A stretch of 64,000 bases of DNA from Abditibacteriota bacterium (GTDB lineage Bacteria; Armatimonadota; UBA5829). The notes beneath the pieces are model-generated. The model was not told the origin of the DNA. It searched no databases and saw nothing but the letters and a program-made list of their open reading frames with translations. The DNA is taken from the NCBI GenBank assembly GCA_017552965.1, contig JAFZNQ010000009.1:220564-284563 (forward strand). The letters are read 5' to 3'. The position numbers were made by a program, and so were the translations under genes. Position 1 is the stretch's first letter. The number at the start of each line of letters is the position of its first letter. Shown piece after piece: positions 26,985 to 36,509 of the stretch.

Positions 26985-28904
26985 TTATTCGTAACAAAGG
27001 GTGATTGCCCTGCTGGGCACGTCGGCAAGCTCCTGATCGGCGTATGCCACAGTGACGAAGTATTTGAGAGAGCCGGTGGCAAACACTCCGGTGAGAGGCA
27101 CGGGACCAAAGGTAAAGCCTCCGTCGGCCCTCACGGTCACCACCTCGCTCTTCAGGACTCCGGAGATGTTGAGTATGCCGGTCTTGTTGTTGGAATACAT
27201 GACGGTGCATATCAGCATCCTGCCGGGCAGAGCCTTGCCGGTCACGGTGATATCCTTTACCCCCGCATTGTTGGCCGGGGACAGGATGTATATATCTCTG
27301 TCGTCCACGGCGGGAGCGGGAGCCTGAGAGTCGGCAGCGGCTCCGTCAATGAGCCCCGCGGTCACGGCGTCGGTCTCATCCTTGGGAGCGTCCACGGCAG
27401 GCGCCTCGGTGGCGGGAGCAGCGGGTGTCTCGGCCGCGGGAGCAGCGGGGGTCTCGGCTGCAGGTGCAGCGGGTGTCTCGGCTGCGGGAGCAGCGGGAGC
27501 CTCGGCCGCGGGAGCAGCGGGAGTCTCGGCCGCGGGAGCAGCGGGCGTCTCGGCCGCGGGAGCAGCGGGAGTCTCGGCTGCGGGAGCGGCGGGAGCCTCG
27601 GCTGCGGGAGCAGCAGGCGTCTCGGTTGCGGGAGCAGCAGGCGTCTCGGCTGCGGGAGCGGCGGGAGTCTCGGCTGCGGGAGCAGCGGGAGTCTCGGCCG
27701 CGGGAGCGGCGGAAGTCTCGGCCGCAGGAGCGGCGGGCGTCTCGGCCGCGGGAGCGGCAGGCGTCTCGGCCGCGGGAGCAGCGGGAGCCACGGGCGACAG
27801 TCTGGTGACCTTGCCTATCTTGCTCACCACGGCGTCCTTGCCGTTGACCGTCATCACGTATCCCGTATCGGAGGATATGTTGACGCCCCGACTGGACATA
27901 TAGACCATGAGCTTTGCCTTATTGAGGGCCTTGGCAGGCACCTTCATAAAGCCCACGTAGCTGCCCTCCGACTCTTCTCTGAGCACGGTCTTGGTGCCGT
28001 CCACGTATCTCAGGTCGCAGGACACTCCCACGTGAGAGGTGCCCTTCACGTTCACCAGTATCAGGTCGCCGGTCTTCAGGGCGTCGGGAGAGCTGACCAG
28101 CACGTCGTCTATGCTGAGCTCCACAGGAGCAGTGTCCGGAGTCACCGCAGGCTGAGCAGGCTCTGTCTTGGCAGGCTCGGTCTTGGCAGGCTCGGTCTTG
28201 GCGGGCTCCGCAGGCTTCACGGGCTCCGTCTTGGCAGGCTCGGTCTTGTCGGGCTCCGCAGGCTTCACGGGCTCCGTCTTGGCGGGCTCTGTCTTGACAG
28301 GCTCCGCAGGCTTCACAGGCTCCGTCTTGGCGGGCTCGGTCTTGGCAGGCTCGGTCTTGACAGGCTCCGCAGGCTTCACGGGCTTCACGTCCTCAAAGCC
28401 CACCACGATCAGGGTCCATATATTCTTGTTGTCCGGATTGATCCTGGCGTAGAAGCTGTTGCCCACCTTCAGCTTGTCCACGGACACCAGCACGGAGGAG
28501 GACTCCAGGTATATGGAGCACTTGTCCGCCACCACGTATTCGGGAGTGGCTTCGCCGTCGTCCACCGTCAGGGTGCTGCCGTTGATGCCCACTATGGTGC
28601 CGGATATCATGTCAAAGGATGCGGCCGCCTTGGTGATGATGTTGTTGTCATTCACCTCGCAGGACACGGAGTCGCCGGGAGAATAGTCCAGAAGGCCCAC
28701 CTCAAAGGGCTTGGTGTTCACCAGTCCTCTGGTCAGCCTGCTGGAGGCGTCCACCCGGACGGTCACGTCGCCGTCGGCTGTGGCTATGGTGATATTCTTG
28801 GAGCCGTTGTCCACGCTCCCGACCATACCGCTGACGGTCCTGGCGGAGACGCCGGTAGCCACTGCCAGCAAAAATATGCATACGCAGATCAAATATTTAT
28901 TCAT
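26985..28904 (-). CDS. Secreted cell-surface protein with two tandem low-complexity repeat arrays (PAEPVKTEPAKTE x~7 and PAAPAAET x~20)
   Basis: Signal peptide MNKYLICVCIFLLAVATGVSA; beta-rich domains separated by Pro/Ala/Glu/Thr repeat linkers; 639 aa. Confidence 0.75.
   Translation of the reverse strand: MNKYLICVCIFLLAVATGVSARTVSGMVGSVDNGSKNITIATADGDVTVRVDASSRLTRGLVNTKPFEVGLLDYSPGDSVSCEVNDNNIITKAAASFDMISGTIVGINGSTLTVDDGEATPEYVVADKCSIYLESSSVLVSVDKLKVGNSFYARINPDNKNIWTLIVVGFEDVKPVKPAEPVKTEPAKTEPAKTEPVKPAEPVKTEPAKTEPVKPAEPDKTEPAKTEPVKPAEPAKTEPAKTEPAKTEPAQPAVTPDTAPVELSIDDVLVSSPDALKTGDLILVNVKGTSHVGVSCDLRYVDGTKTVLREESEGSYVGFMKVPAKALNKAKLMVYMSSRGVNISSDTGYVMTVNGKDAVVSKIGKVTRLSPVAPAAPAAETPAAPAAETPAAPAAETSAAPAAETPAAPAAETPAAPAAETPAAPATETPAAPAAEAPAAPAAETPAAPAAETPAAPAAETPAAPAAEAPAAPAAETPAAPAAETPAAPAAETPAAPATEAPAVDAPKDETDAVTAGLIDGAAADSQAPAPAVDDRDIYILSPANNAGVKDITVTGKALPGRMLICTVMYSNNKTGILNISGVLKSEVVTVRADGGFTFGPVPLTGVFATGSLKYFVTVAYADQELADVPSRAITLCYE
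27400..27790. repeat. Coding tandem repeat, 24 bp unit (gcgggagcagcgggNgtctcggcY) x ~16, encoding PAAPAAET
   Basis: Near-identical 24 bp units in frame within the surface-protein gene; third-position variation only. Confidence 0.85.
28147..28390. repeat. Coding tandem repeat (~39 bp unit; ggctccgtcttggcaggctcggtcttg...) encoding PAEPVKTEPAKTE
   Basis: Repeated ggctcggtcttggcaggc / ggctccgcaggcttcac blocks within the same gene. Confidence 0.7.
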
Positions 28905-29024
28905 AAGCAGCCTGCCATCATAATGTATTTATGGAAATCGTTCCTATTTTAATGGTATAATATAAACGGAATAATTTCAAGGGGCGGACGGATTTTTTTG
29001 CCCGTCTTTCAAGGATAAACCGAT

Positions 29025-31493
29025 ATGAGACTCTGTAAATTCTATATATTTTCCCTGATACTTCTTCTTGCGGGGGCTGCCGCCTTTTCCCAGGGGAAGG
29101 TGACCACCAACGCCATCTATCAGGATTCCTCCGGCACCAAATACGAGTGGAAGATCATGGATTCGGGCAACATCATCTGGGACGGCATCTCCTACACCCC
29201 CTGCGGCGTCAGGGTGATCTTTGACAGCCTCTCTTCTCCCGACACCCACGCCCTCTCGGCCCGGGACAAGTCGGTGATAGGCGAGCTGGCTGCCTCCAAC
29301 GTGGACTCTGTGATCATCTCCAACGGCTATCAGCTCACCAATTCCGATCCCGCCGTGCTCCAGCAGATCATGGACCTGCTGGACGAAAACGGCATCAGAT
29401 ACGGCATAGAGCTGGGTGAGGAGACCGGCGATCCCCTTGCGGGCTACCCGGTGGACCCTGCCCGCTGGAGGATAGACGGCCCCTACCCCGACAAGGTCAT
29501 CACCGGCATGTGGAAAGACGTGGACTCCGGCCTCTACGTGGTGGTCAGCAAGTCCGACAGCTCCGTCATCGAGTCCGGCAGTCTGGAGGTCAACGCCAAC
29601 GGGCAGGCCACGGTAAATCTGGAGCGCTCTCTGGGCCCGGACACGGCCCTGCTGGTATATCCCCACCAGACCCGTTTCGGCAGCTTTGACATATGGGAAG
29701 GCTATGACGCCCTGAGAGACGTGATAGTCAAATACTTCTCTCAGGTCAGGCCCGGAGAAGGTCTGAGATTCTTTTACAATCCGGTGAACGCCTACAAACT
29801 GGCCTTTGCCGCCGGCGACGGCAGCTTCGTGCCGGTGAGCTCCAAGTTCTCTCTGGAATTCGAAGGCTATCTCACCAAGAAGCATTTTCACAACGGCATG
29901 CTCTCCCACAAATGGGGCATCAGCCCCAATCTGCCGGAGATATCCGACTATCTCAGCCTGCTGCCCCTCTGGGCCCAGCTGCGCAACTCCTCCAGAGGTC
30001 TGGGCCAGATGTACGACCTGTCCGGCCGCAAGTTCCTCAGGGCCAACACCAACGGCTCCTACTGGCAGGACCTGACGGACTTCAGGACGGACTCGGTCCG
30101 GGAATACATGTCCTCCGCAGGTGACGTGCTGAGGAAGAACGTGGCCAACGTGCCCATCATATACTCCGCCTGCAGGGACCGGGTCAATCAGACCTATTTT
30201 ATCAATGCGTCCTCCTCCAGCCCCGACGGCTTTGCCTACGTCTGCGACGGCGAGGACCGGGAGCTGGGCTACGACATATCCCTGCTCTACAATCTGAGCA
30301 ACACCTATCCCAAGACCACCTGGATCGCGGCGGTGAACCCCGCCATGAGCGTCGACAGCCTCATAGATCTGGGTTACAAGGGCTTCTTTTTTGACTACAA
30401 TGACGGCGCCGGCATCGCCAAAGCCAACGAGTTCAGGGGCAAGTGCCACAACATACAGGCCTACAGGCCCAACGTCATAGAGTATCCCACCTCTTCGGAG
30501 ATAGGCATCACCCCTCAGCTGCTGGACGAGCAGGGGCACACCTACTGGCTCCCCTCTCCCAAGGGCGCAGACGTCATGCGCTTCGGCGAGGACGTATTTG
30601 GCTACAACATAGTGGGCACCGGCGACTACGTCATATGGGCCCGGGAGGACAACACCCAGATCACCTTCCCCGGCATCAAGAACACGGCTCCCAAGGCCGT
30701 CTTTCCCGCCGACGTGGAGATAAAGAAGGCCAAGGCTGCCTCGTCCAGGTCCAACCCTCTGTACACCATGACCATCGGCACCCGTCCCACCGTGCTGCGC
30801 AACATCAGCTTTTCCCTGTTTTTCCCCAGGGAGACGGCCGAGGCGGAGATAGCCAAGATGGAAAGGCTGGTCAAGTCCACTCCCATAGACGATGACACGG
30901 AGAAAAAGCTCATGGACCTGAGCATCAAGAACATCAAGGAAGTGCTGAAAAACGGCGCCTTCGGCACCGCCTTCAGCATGGCCCGGGAGATCATAGGCCA
31001 GACCAGCCGTCTCAGCGACGCCAGCCTGTGGATCGAGTCCAGCACCCTGACCCGCACTGCCTTCACCGGCTTCAGGGCCCGCAAGGGCGCCACCGACGGC
31101 ACCGTGCTGCTGCTGGACGAGCAGGAGCGGGCTCCCCTGACGGACTACTACGCCTCCATGACCATCAACGTGCAGAACAACAAGTCCTACGAGCTCTGGA
31201 TAGCCATGTCCCGGAGCGCCGACTCTTCTCCCTGCGAGATATCCAACAGCGGCAGCCCCTGGATGGCGCCGGACACCTCCACGGAGAGGCCTTACGGCGA
31301 CGGCCTGGCCTGGTACAAGGTGGGCACCGCCAGCCTGTACGAGGGGCCCCAGACCATAGACGTAAAGGTCACCGGTCCCAATCAGGCCGGCAGATATTAT
31401 CTGGCCATCGACGCCATCCTGCTGGTGGCGGAGGACGAAGACTTTGTCCCGCAGGCCGACAGCAAGCCCGCCTTTGTGAACATTCTGAGGTAG
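29025..31493 (+). CDS. Large secreted protein of unknown function (822 aa)
   Basis: Signal peptide [24 protein letters not shown], no recognisable catalytic motif. TGgTATAAT extended -10 at ~28953-28961 and RBS AAGGA upstream; only 4 nt separate its stop from uvrA. Confidence 0.65.
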   Translation: MRLCKFYIFSLILLLAGAAAFSQGKVTTNAIYQDSSGTKYEWKIMDSGNIIWDGISYTPCGVRVIFDSLSSPDTHALSARDKSVIGELAASNVDSVIISNGYQLTNSDPAVLQQIMDLLDENGIRYGIELGEETGDPLAGYPVDPARWRIDGPYPDKVITGMWKDVDSGLYVVVSKSDSSVIESGSLEVNANGQATVNLERSLGPDTALLVYPHQTRFGSFDIWEGYDALRDVIVKYFSQVRPGEGLRFFYNPVNAYKLAFAAGDGSFVPVSSKFSLEFEGYLTKKHFHNGMLSHKWGISPNLPEISDYLSLLPLWAQLRNSSRGLGQMYDLSGRKFLRANTNGSYWQDLTDFRTDSVREYMSSAGDVLRKNVANVPIIYSACRDRVNQTYFINASSSSPDGFAYVCDGEDRELGYDISLLYNLSNTYPKTTWIAAVNPAMSVDSLIDLGYKGFFFDYNDGAGIAKANEFRGKCHNIQAYRPNVIEYPTSSEIGITPQLLDEQGHTYWLPSPKGADVMRFGEDVFGYNIVGTGDYVIWAREDNTQITFPGIKNTAPKAVFPADVEIKKAKAASSRSNPLYTMTIGTRPTVLRNISFSLFFPRETAEAEIAKMERLVKSTPIDDDTEKKLMDLSIKNIKEVLKNGAFGTAFSMAREIIGQTSRLSDASLWIESSTLTRTAFTGFRARKGATDGTVLLLDEQERAPLTDYYASMTINVQNNKSYELWIAMSRSADSSPCEISNSGSPWMAPDTSTERPYGDGLAWYKVGTASLYEGPQTIDVKVTGPNQAGRYYLAIDAILLVAEDEDFVPQADSKPAFVNILR

Positions 31494-31497
31494 CGGG

Positions 31498-34326
31498 ATG
31501 CCCAATGACAAGATCATCATCCGCGGCGCCAGGCAGAACAATCTGAAAAACATTTCTCTGGAGATACCGCGGGACAGATTCGTGGTAGTCACAGGACTTT
31601 CCGGCTCCGGAAAGTCCTCTATTGCCTTTGACACCCTCTACGCCGAGGGCCAGCGCAAATACGTGGAATCCCTGTCCTCCTACGCCCGCATGTTTCTGGG
31701 CCAGATGGACAAGCCGGACGTGGACGACATATCCGGCCTGTCTCCCGCCGTGTCCATAGACCAAAAATCCACCTCCCGCAATCCCCGCTCCACCGTGGGC
31801 ACCGTCACGGAGATCTACGACTACATGAGGCTCCTGTGGGCCAGGGCCGGCAAGCCCCACTGCCCCAAATGCGGAGCCGCCGTGTCCTGCCAGTCCATAG
31901 ACCAGATGGTGGACACGGTGCTGTCCTATCCGGAGGGCACCAGACTGCAGATACTGAGCCCCCTGGTCCGGGGCAAAAAGGGCAGATACCTGAAGCAGCT
32001 GGAGGACCTGAAGGCTCAGGGCTTTATCAGGGTGCGCATAGACGGCTCCCTCTATGACCTCACGGAAAGCACGGACATCATCCCCGATGCGGACAAGAAC
32101 AAGAAGCACGACATAGACATCATCATAGACAGGCTGGTCATCAGGCCCGGCATCGAAAAAAGGGTCAGCGAGTCCATGGAGACCGCCCTGAAAAAGGGCG
32201 AAGGTCTGGCTGCTCTGGACGTCATAGGCTCCGGCGAGGTGCTCATGAGTGAGAACTTTGCCTGCACCGAGTGCGGCTACACCCTCACGGAGATAGCCCC
32301 CCGCAGCTTTTCCTTCAACACTCCCTACGGGGCCTGCCCGGAATGCCACGGCCTGGGCTATCACAAGGAGCTGGACCCCGCTCTCCTGATACCCAACAAA
32401 AAGCTGTCCATCAACGGCGGCGCCATAGCCAATTTTCCCGGTCTGAACGGCGACTGGGTCCGGTCGCTGCTCAACGCCTTTGCCGACAAGACCGGCGCCG
32501 ACCTGGACGCTCCCGTAAAGGACTTTACCCGGGAGCAGATGGACGGCCTGCTCTACGGCTTCAGGGAGCCCATTCCCATCAACTACTATTCCAAGTCCCG
32601 CAGGCACGCCTACCGCTACAACTACAAATGGTCCGGCCTCATGGGCCTTCTGAAAAAGCGCTACGACACCTCCACCGCCGAGGACACCAGAGAGCTGGTG
32701 GAGCAGTATATGGCGGACGTGCCCTGCAGCCTGTGCCACGGACAGAGACTGAAGCCGGATTCGCTGGCGGTGACCGTGGGGGACAAAAACATCATAGAGG
32801 TCACGGACATGTCCATAGACCGGGCTCTGGAGTGGTTTGGCTCCCTCTCCCTCTCCGAAAGAGACATGATCATAGCCCGGCAGATACTCCGGGAGATCAC
32901 GGCCCGGCTCAGATTCCTGCAGGACGTGGGGCTGGGCTATCTGACCCTTTCCCGTTCGGCAGCGGGCCTCTCCGGCGGCGAAGCCCAGCGCATCCGTCTG
33001 GCCACCCAGATAGGCAGCGGCCTTATGGGAGTCCTCTACGTGCTGGACGAGCCCTCCATAGGCCTCCATCAGAGGGACAACCGCAAGCTCATCAGCGCCC
33101 TCAAAAAGCTGAGGGACCTGGGCAACACCATCATAGTGGTGGAGCACGACAGAGAGACCATGGAATCGGCGGACTATCTCATAGACATAGGGCCCGGAGC
33201 CGGCGAACACGGCGGACGGGTGATATACGCGGGGCTGCCGGGAGACATCCGGGACTGCGGGGAGTCCCTCACGGGCAAATATCTCTCCGATGAGCTGACC
33301 ATACCCGTCCCCACCGGCAGGAGAGAGGGCAACGGGCTGCAGCTGGAGCTAAGGGGAGCCTCCGCCAACAACCTGAAGCATATAGACGTGGACATACCTC
33401 TGGGCAAGATGGTGTGCATCACCGGGGTCTCCGGCTCCGGCAAGAGCTCACTGGTGCAGGACACCCTGTTCCCCCGGCTGCAGAGCGAGGTCAACGGAGC
33501 CGCCAGAGCCTGGGGCAAGCACGACTCTCTGGCCGGCATGGAGCACATAGACAAGGTCATCAACATAGACCAGAGCCCCATAGGCAGGACACCCCGCTCC
33601 AACACGGCCACCTACACGGGTCTCTTTGACATGATCAGGGCCCTCTTCAGCGAGACCCAGGACGCCAAAGTCAGGGGCTACTCCCCGGGCCGGTTCAGCT
33701 TCAACATCAAGGGAGGCCGCTGCGAGGCCTGTTCAGGCGACGGCATCACCCGCATAGAGATGCATTTTCTGCCGGACGTCTTCGTGCCCTGCGAGGTGTG
33801 CAAGGGCAAGCGCTACAACCGGGAGACCCTGAAGGTGCGCTACAAGGGCAAAAACATAGCCGACGTGCTGGACATGACCGTGAGCCAGGCTCTGGAGTTC
33901 TTTGACGCGGTCCCCAGGATCAAACGCAAGCTGCAGACCATAGCCGACGTGGGTCTGGACTACATCCGTCTGGGGCAGCCCGCCACCACCCTTTCGGGAG
34001 GCGAGGCCCAGAGGATGAAGCTGGCCAGCGAGCTGAGCCGCAGGAGCACCGGCAAGACTCTGTATATACTGGACGAGCCCACCACCGGCCTCCATTTCCA
34101 CGACGTGAAAAAGCTCATCGAGGTCCTGAACGCTCTGGTGGACAACGGCAACAGCATGATCATCATAGAGCACAATCTGGACGTGATCAAGTCTGCGGAC
34201 TACATCATAGACATGGGGCCCGAAGGAGGCGACGCCGGAGGCAGGGTCATATGCGCCGGCACCCCGGAGGAGGTGGCCGCAGCGGAAGACAGCTACACCG
34301 GCCGGTTCCTCAGGGAAATACTCTGA
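31498..34326 (+). CDS. uvrA: Excinuclease ABC subunit A (UvrA)
   Basis: 942 aa; two ABC ATPase modules (GLSGSGKSS..., GVSGSGKSS...), zinc-finger cysteines (CPKCGA, CTECG, CEAC...CEVC). Confidence 0.95.
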   Translation: MPNDKIIIRGARQNNLKNISLEIPRDRFVVVTGLSGSGKSSIAFDTLYAEGQRKYVESLSSYARMFLGQMDKPDVDDISGLSPAVSIDQKSTSRNPRSTVGTVTEIYDYMRLLWARAGKPHCPKCGAAVSCQSIDQMVDTVLSYPEGTRLQILSPLVRGKKGRYLKQLEDLKAQGFIRVRIDGSLYDLTESTDIIPDADKNKKHDIDIIIDRLVIRPGIEKRVSESMETALKKGEGLAALDVIGSGEVLMSENFACTECGYTLTEIAPRSFSFNTPYGACPECHGLGYHKELDPALLIPNKKLSINGGAIANFPGLNGDWVRSLLNAFADKTGADLDAPVKDFTREQMDGLLYGFREPIPINYYSKSRRHAYRYNYKWSGLMGLLKKRYDTSTAEDTRELVEQYMADVPCSLCHGQRLKPDSLAVTVGDKNIIEVTDMSIDRALEWFGSLSLSERDMIIARQILREITARLRFLQDVGLGYLTLSRSAAGLSGGEAQRIRLATQIGSGLMGVLYVLDEPSIGLHQRDNRKLISALKKLRDLGNTIIVVEHDRETMESADYLIDIGPGAGEHGGRVIYAGLPGDIRDCGESLTGKYLSDELTIPVPTGRREGNGLQLELRGASANNLKHIDVDIPLGKMVCITGVSGSGKSSLVQDTLFPRLQSEVNGAARAWGKHDSLAGMEHIDKVINIDQSPIGRTPRSNTATYTGLFDMIRALFSETQDAKVRGYSPGRFSFNIKGGRCEACSGDGITRIEMHFLPDVFVPCEVCKGKRYNRETLKVRYKGKNIADVLDMTVSQALEFFDAVPRIKRKLQTIADVGLDYIRLGQPATTLSGGEAQRMKLASELSRRSTGKTLYILDEPTTGLHFHDVKKLIEVLNALVDNGNSMIIIEHNLDVIKSADYIIDMGPEGGDAGGRVICAGTPEEVAAAEDSYTGRFLREIL

Positions 34327-34327
34327 C

Positions 34328-34366
34328 AAAAAAGTCCCCCCTCCCTTGCAGGAGGGGGGCTCTTGT
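34328..34366. terminator. Bidirectional terminator between convergent uvrA and argD
   Basis: cccccctcc-cttgca-ggagggggg perfect 9 bp GC stem flanked by A-rich (left) and T-rich (right) sequence. Confidence 0.75.
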
Positions 34367-34373
34367 TGCTGCT

Positions 34374-35573
34374 CTATTTGCCCGCGGCGGCCGCTATGGC
34401 GCGGCCTATCTTGTCCGCCGCTTCGTCGGCCTGCTCGGCTGTGAGGATGAGAGGAGGCACCAGCCTGATGATGCTGTCGCCTATGGCGTTCAGTATGACG
34501 CCGCAGCCAAAGCCTTCGGTCACTGTCTTTTTGGCCACCGGCTCCGACAGCACCAGACCTATCATGAGGCCTTTGCCCCTCACCAGGTCTATGCCTTGCG
34601 TCTGACTCAGCTTTTCCATGAGCCGGGCGCCTACTGCGGCGGCGTTGTCTCCCAGCCTGTCCCGCTCATATCTGCCGATGACGGCCAGAGCGGCGGCGCA
34701 GGCCAGAGGGTTGCCGCCGAAGGTGGATGCATGATCCCCGGGCGCAAAGACGTCGGCGTATTTTTCACCGGCGATACAGGCGCCTATGGGGAAGCCGCCG
34801 CCCAGCATCTTGGCCAGGGTGACTATATCCGGCTTGACGCCGTAGTGCTCGAAGGCAAAGGTCCGGCCCGTGCGGCCCATACCCGTCTGCACCTCGTCCA
34901 GTATCATGGCCGCATCGTATTTGTCGCACAGGCGGCGGACCGCTTCCAGAAACTCTCCGGTGGCGGGACGGACGCCGCTCTCGCCCTGTATGGGCTCCAG
35001 AATGACGGCGCAGGTGCGCTCCGACATGGCGGCCTCCAGTGCGGCGGCGTCGTTGTATTCGATATAGTCAAAATCCGGCACCAGCGGAGTAAAGCTCTTC
35101 TGATACTTGGTCTGGCCCGTAGCGGTGATGGCCCCCAGAGTCCTGCCGTGAAAAGAGTTCAGGGCTGCTATGATCTGGGTCTTGTCCCCGGGCCGGCCGT
35201 CTCTCTTGGCGGCCTTTCTCGCCAGCTTCAGGGCGGCCTCGTTGGCCTCTGCCCCGGAGTTGCAGAAGAAGGCTCTCTTCATGCCCGCTGCCCGGGCCAG
35301 CCATTCGGCCAGCCTGCCCTGCGGCTCCGTGTAAAACAGATTGCTGGTGTGCATCAGGGTCGCCGCCTGCCGCGCTATGGCCTCCGACAGCTCCCTGTCG
35401 CCGTAGCCCAGCATATTGACGGCTATGCCGGCCACCATATCCAGATAGCAGCGTCCTTCCGTGTCATAGACGTACACCCCGCTGCCCTTTTCCAGCACCA
35501 TGGGAAAACGGCCGTAGGTATGCATGACCCAGGTGTCGTCCCTCTCTATTATGGTTCTTGTGATGTCTTTCAT
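34374..35573 (-). CDS. argD: Acetylornithine aminotransferase (class III aminotransferase)
   Basis: 399 aa; class-III AT motifs (FCNSGAEANEAALKLARK, ILDEVQTGMGRTGR with PLP Lys); adjacent to argB. Confidence 0.85.
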   Translation of the reverse strand: MKDITRTIIERDDTWVMHTYGRFPMVLEKGSGVYVYDTEGRCYLDMVAGIAVNMLGYGDRELSEAIARQAATLMHTSNLFYTEPQGRLAEWLARAAGMKRAFFCNSGAEANEAALKLARKAAKRDGRPGDKTQIIAALNSFHGRTLGAITATGQTKYQKSFTPLVPDFDYIEYNDAAALEAAMSERTCAVILEPIQGESGVRPATGEFLEAVRRLCDKYDAAMILDEVQTGMGRTGRTFAFEHYGVKPDIVTLAKMLGGGFPIGACIAGEKYADVFAPGDHASTFGGNPLACAAALAVIGRYERDRLGDNAAAVGARLMEKLSQTQGIDLVRGKGLMIGLVLSEPVAKKTVTEGFGCGVILNAIGDSIIRLVPPLILTAEQADEAADKIGRAIAAAAGK

Positions 35574-35574
35574 G

Positions 35575-36438
35575 CTATTCTTCCGATCCTTCTATCATGG
35601 TCCCTATGCCGCTGTCCGTGAGGACCTCCATCAGTATGGAGTGAGGTCTGGTGCCGTTGATGATGTGAGTGCCCGACACTCCCGCTTCCAGCGCGATGAT
35701 GCAGGCCTCCACCTTGGGTATCATGCCCTTGGACACCAGTCCCGCCTCTATCAGGTCGCCGGCCTCCCGGGCTGTCAGACGGCTGATAAAGGTGGCGGGG
35801 TCCTTGATATCCTTGTATATGCCGTCCACGTCTGTCATCATGATCAGCTTTTCAGCCCTGACCGCAGCCGCCACTTCGCCGGCTATATGGTCGGCGTTGA
35901 TGTTGTAGGCTTCGCCCTCGTCCCCCATGCCTATGGAGGATATGACCGGGATGTAGCCGTGGTCCAGCAGGTCGTAGAGCACCTTCGGATTGATCTCATC
36001 CACCCTGCCTACCCGGCCCAGCTTGGAGTTGAGCTGGGAAGCGCTTATCAGGTTGCCGTCCTTGCCGCTGAGGCCCACCGCATTGCCTCCCATGGAGTTG
36101 AGCAGGCCTACGATGCTCTTGTTGGTCTTGCCGGCCAGGACCATTTCCACTATTTCCATTGTGCCGTTGTCGGTGACTCTCTTGCCGTCCACGAATTCGG
36201 GCACCAGCCCCACCATGTCCATCATCCTGTTGATGTCCGGCCCTCCGCCGTGGACGAGAATGGGCCTCATGCCCACGTAGCTCATCAGCAGTATATCCTG
36301 GATGACCGAAGCCTTGATCTCTTCGCTGGTCATGGCGTGGCCGCCGTATTTGATGACGATGGTCTTGCCGTAATATCTCTGAATGTAGGGCAGCACCTCT
36401 ACCAGCAGCTGCGCCTGCTCTTCTATGTTGTGTGTCAT
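35575..36438 (-). CDS. argB: Acetylglutamate kinase
   Basis: 287 aa; AAK family motifs (VIKYGGHAM, ...ILVHGGGP...). Its stop is 1 nt from the argD start. Confidence 0.9.
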   Translation of the reverse strand: MTHNIEEQAQLLVEVLPYIQRYYGKTIVIKYGGHAMTSEEIKASVIQDILLMSYVGMRPILVHGGGPDINRMMDMVGLVPEFVDGKRVTDNGTMEIVEMVLAGKTNKSIVGLLNSMGGNAVGLSGKDGNLISASQLNSKLGRVGRVDEINPKVLYDLLDHGYIPVISSIGMGDEGEAYNINADHIAGEVAAAVRAEKLIMMTDVDGIYKDIKDPATFISRLTAREAGDLIEAGLVSKGMIPKVEACIIALEAGVSGTHIINGTRPHSILMEVLTDSGIGTMIEGSEE

Positions 36439-36509
36439 ACGTGATCCGTTCTTTATAAATTCTATAATATATTATACTCTCTTCGGGCCCAAATGGCAAA
36501 CGCCGGGCC

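Noticed and set aside
26938-27210. N-terminal extension of the GH42-like ORF (tracked as 24607..27210)
   Set aside because: The extension runs through the terminator hairpin at 26948-26978 and into the upstream gene. The internal ATG at 26937 starts a classic signal peptide.
27400-27790. Possible CRISPR array suggested by ~16 regularly spaced 24-bp repeats
   Set aside because: The units are directly abutting with no unique spacers, are in frame within a secreted-protein gene (encoding PAAPAAET), and there are no cas genes anywhere in the window.
28990-29024. Hairpin with a T-run in the leader of the 822-aa secreted protein gene, considered as a riboswitch terminator
   Set aside because: Only a 5-bp stem (GACGG/CCGTC) with a 10-nt loop. 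The leader (~60 nt after the -10) is too short for any known riboswitch aptamer.
36465-36505. Hairpin ggcccaaatggcaaacgccgggcc after the GHL10-like gene, considered as a terminator
   Set aside because: The stem is imperfect and there is no T-tract on the minus strand. The same interval must contain the argB promoter (a TATAAT-like element is present), so only weak evidence either way.
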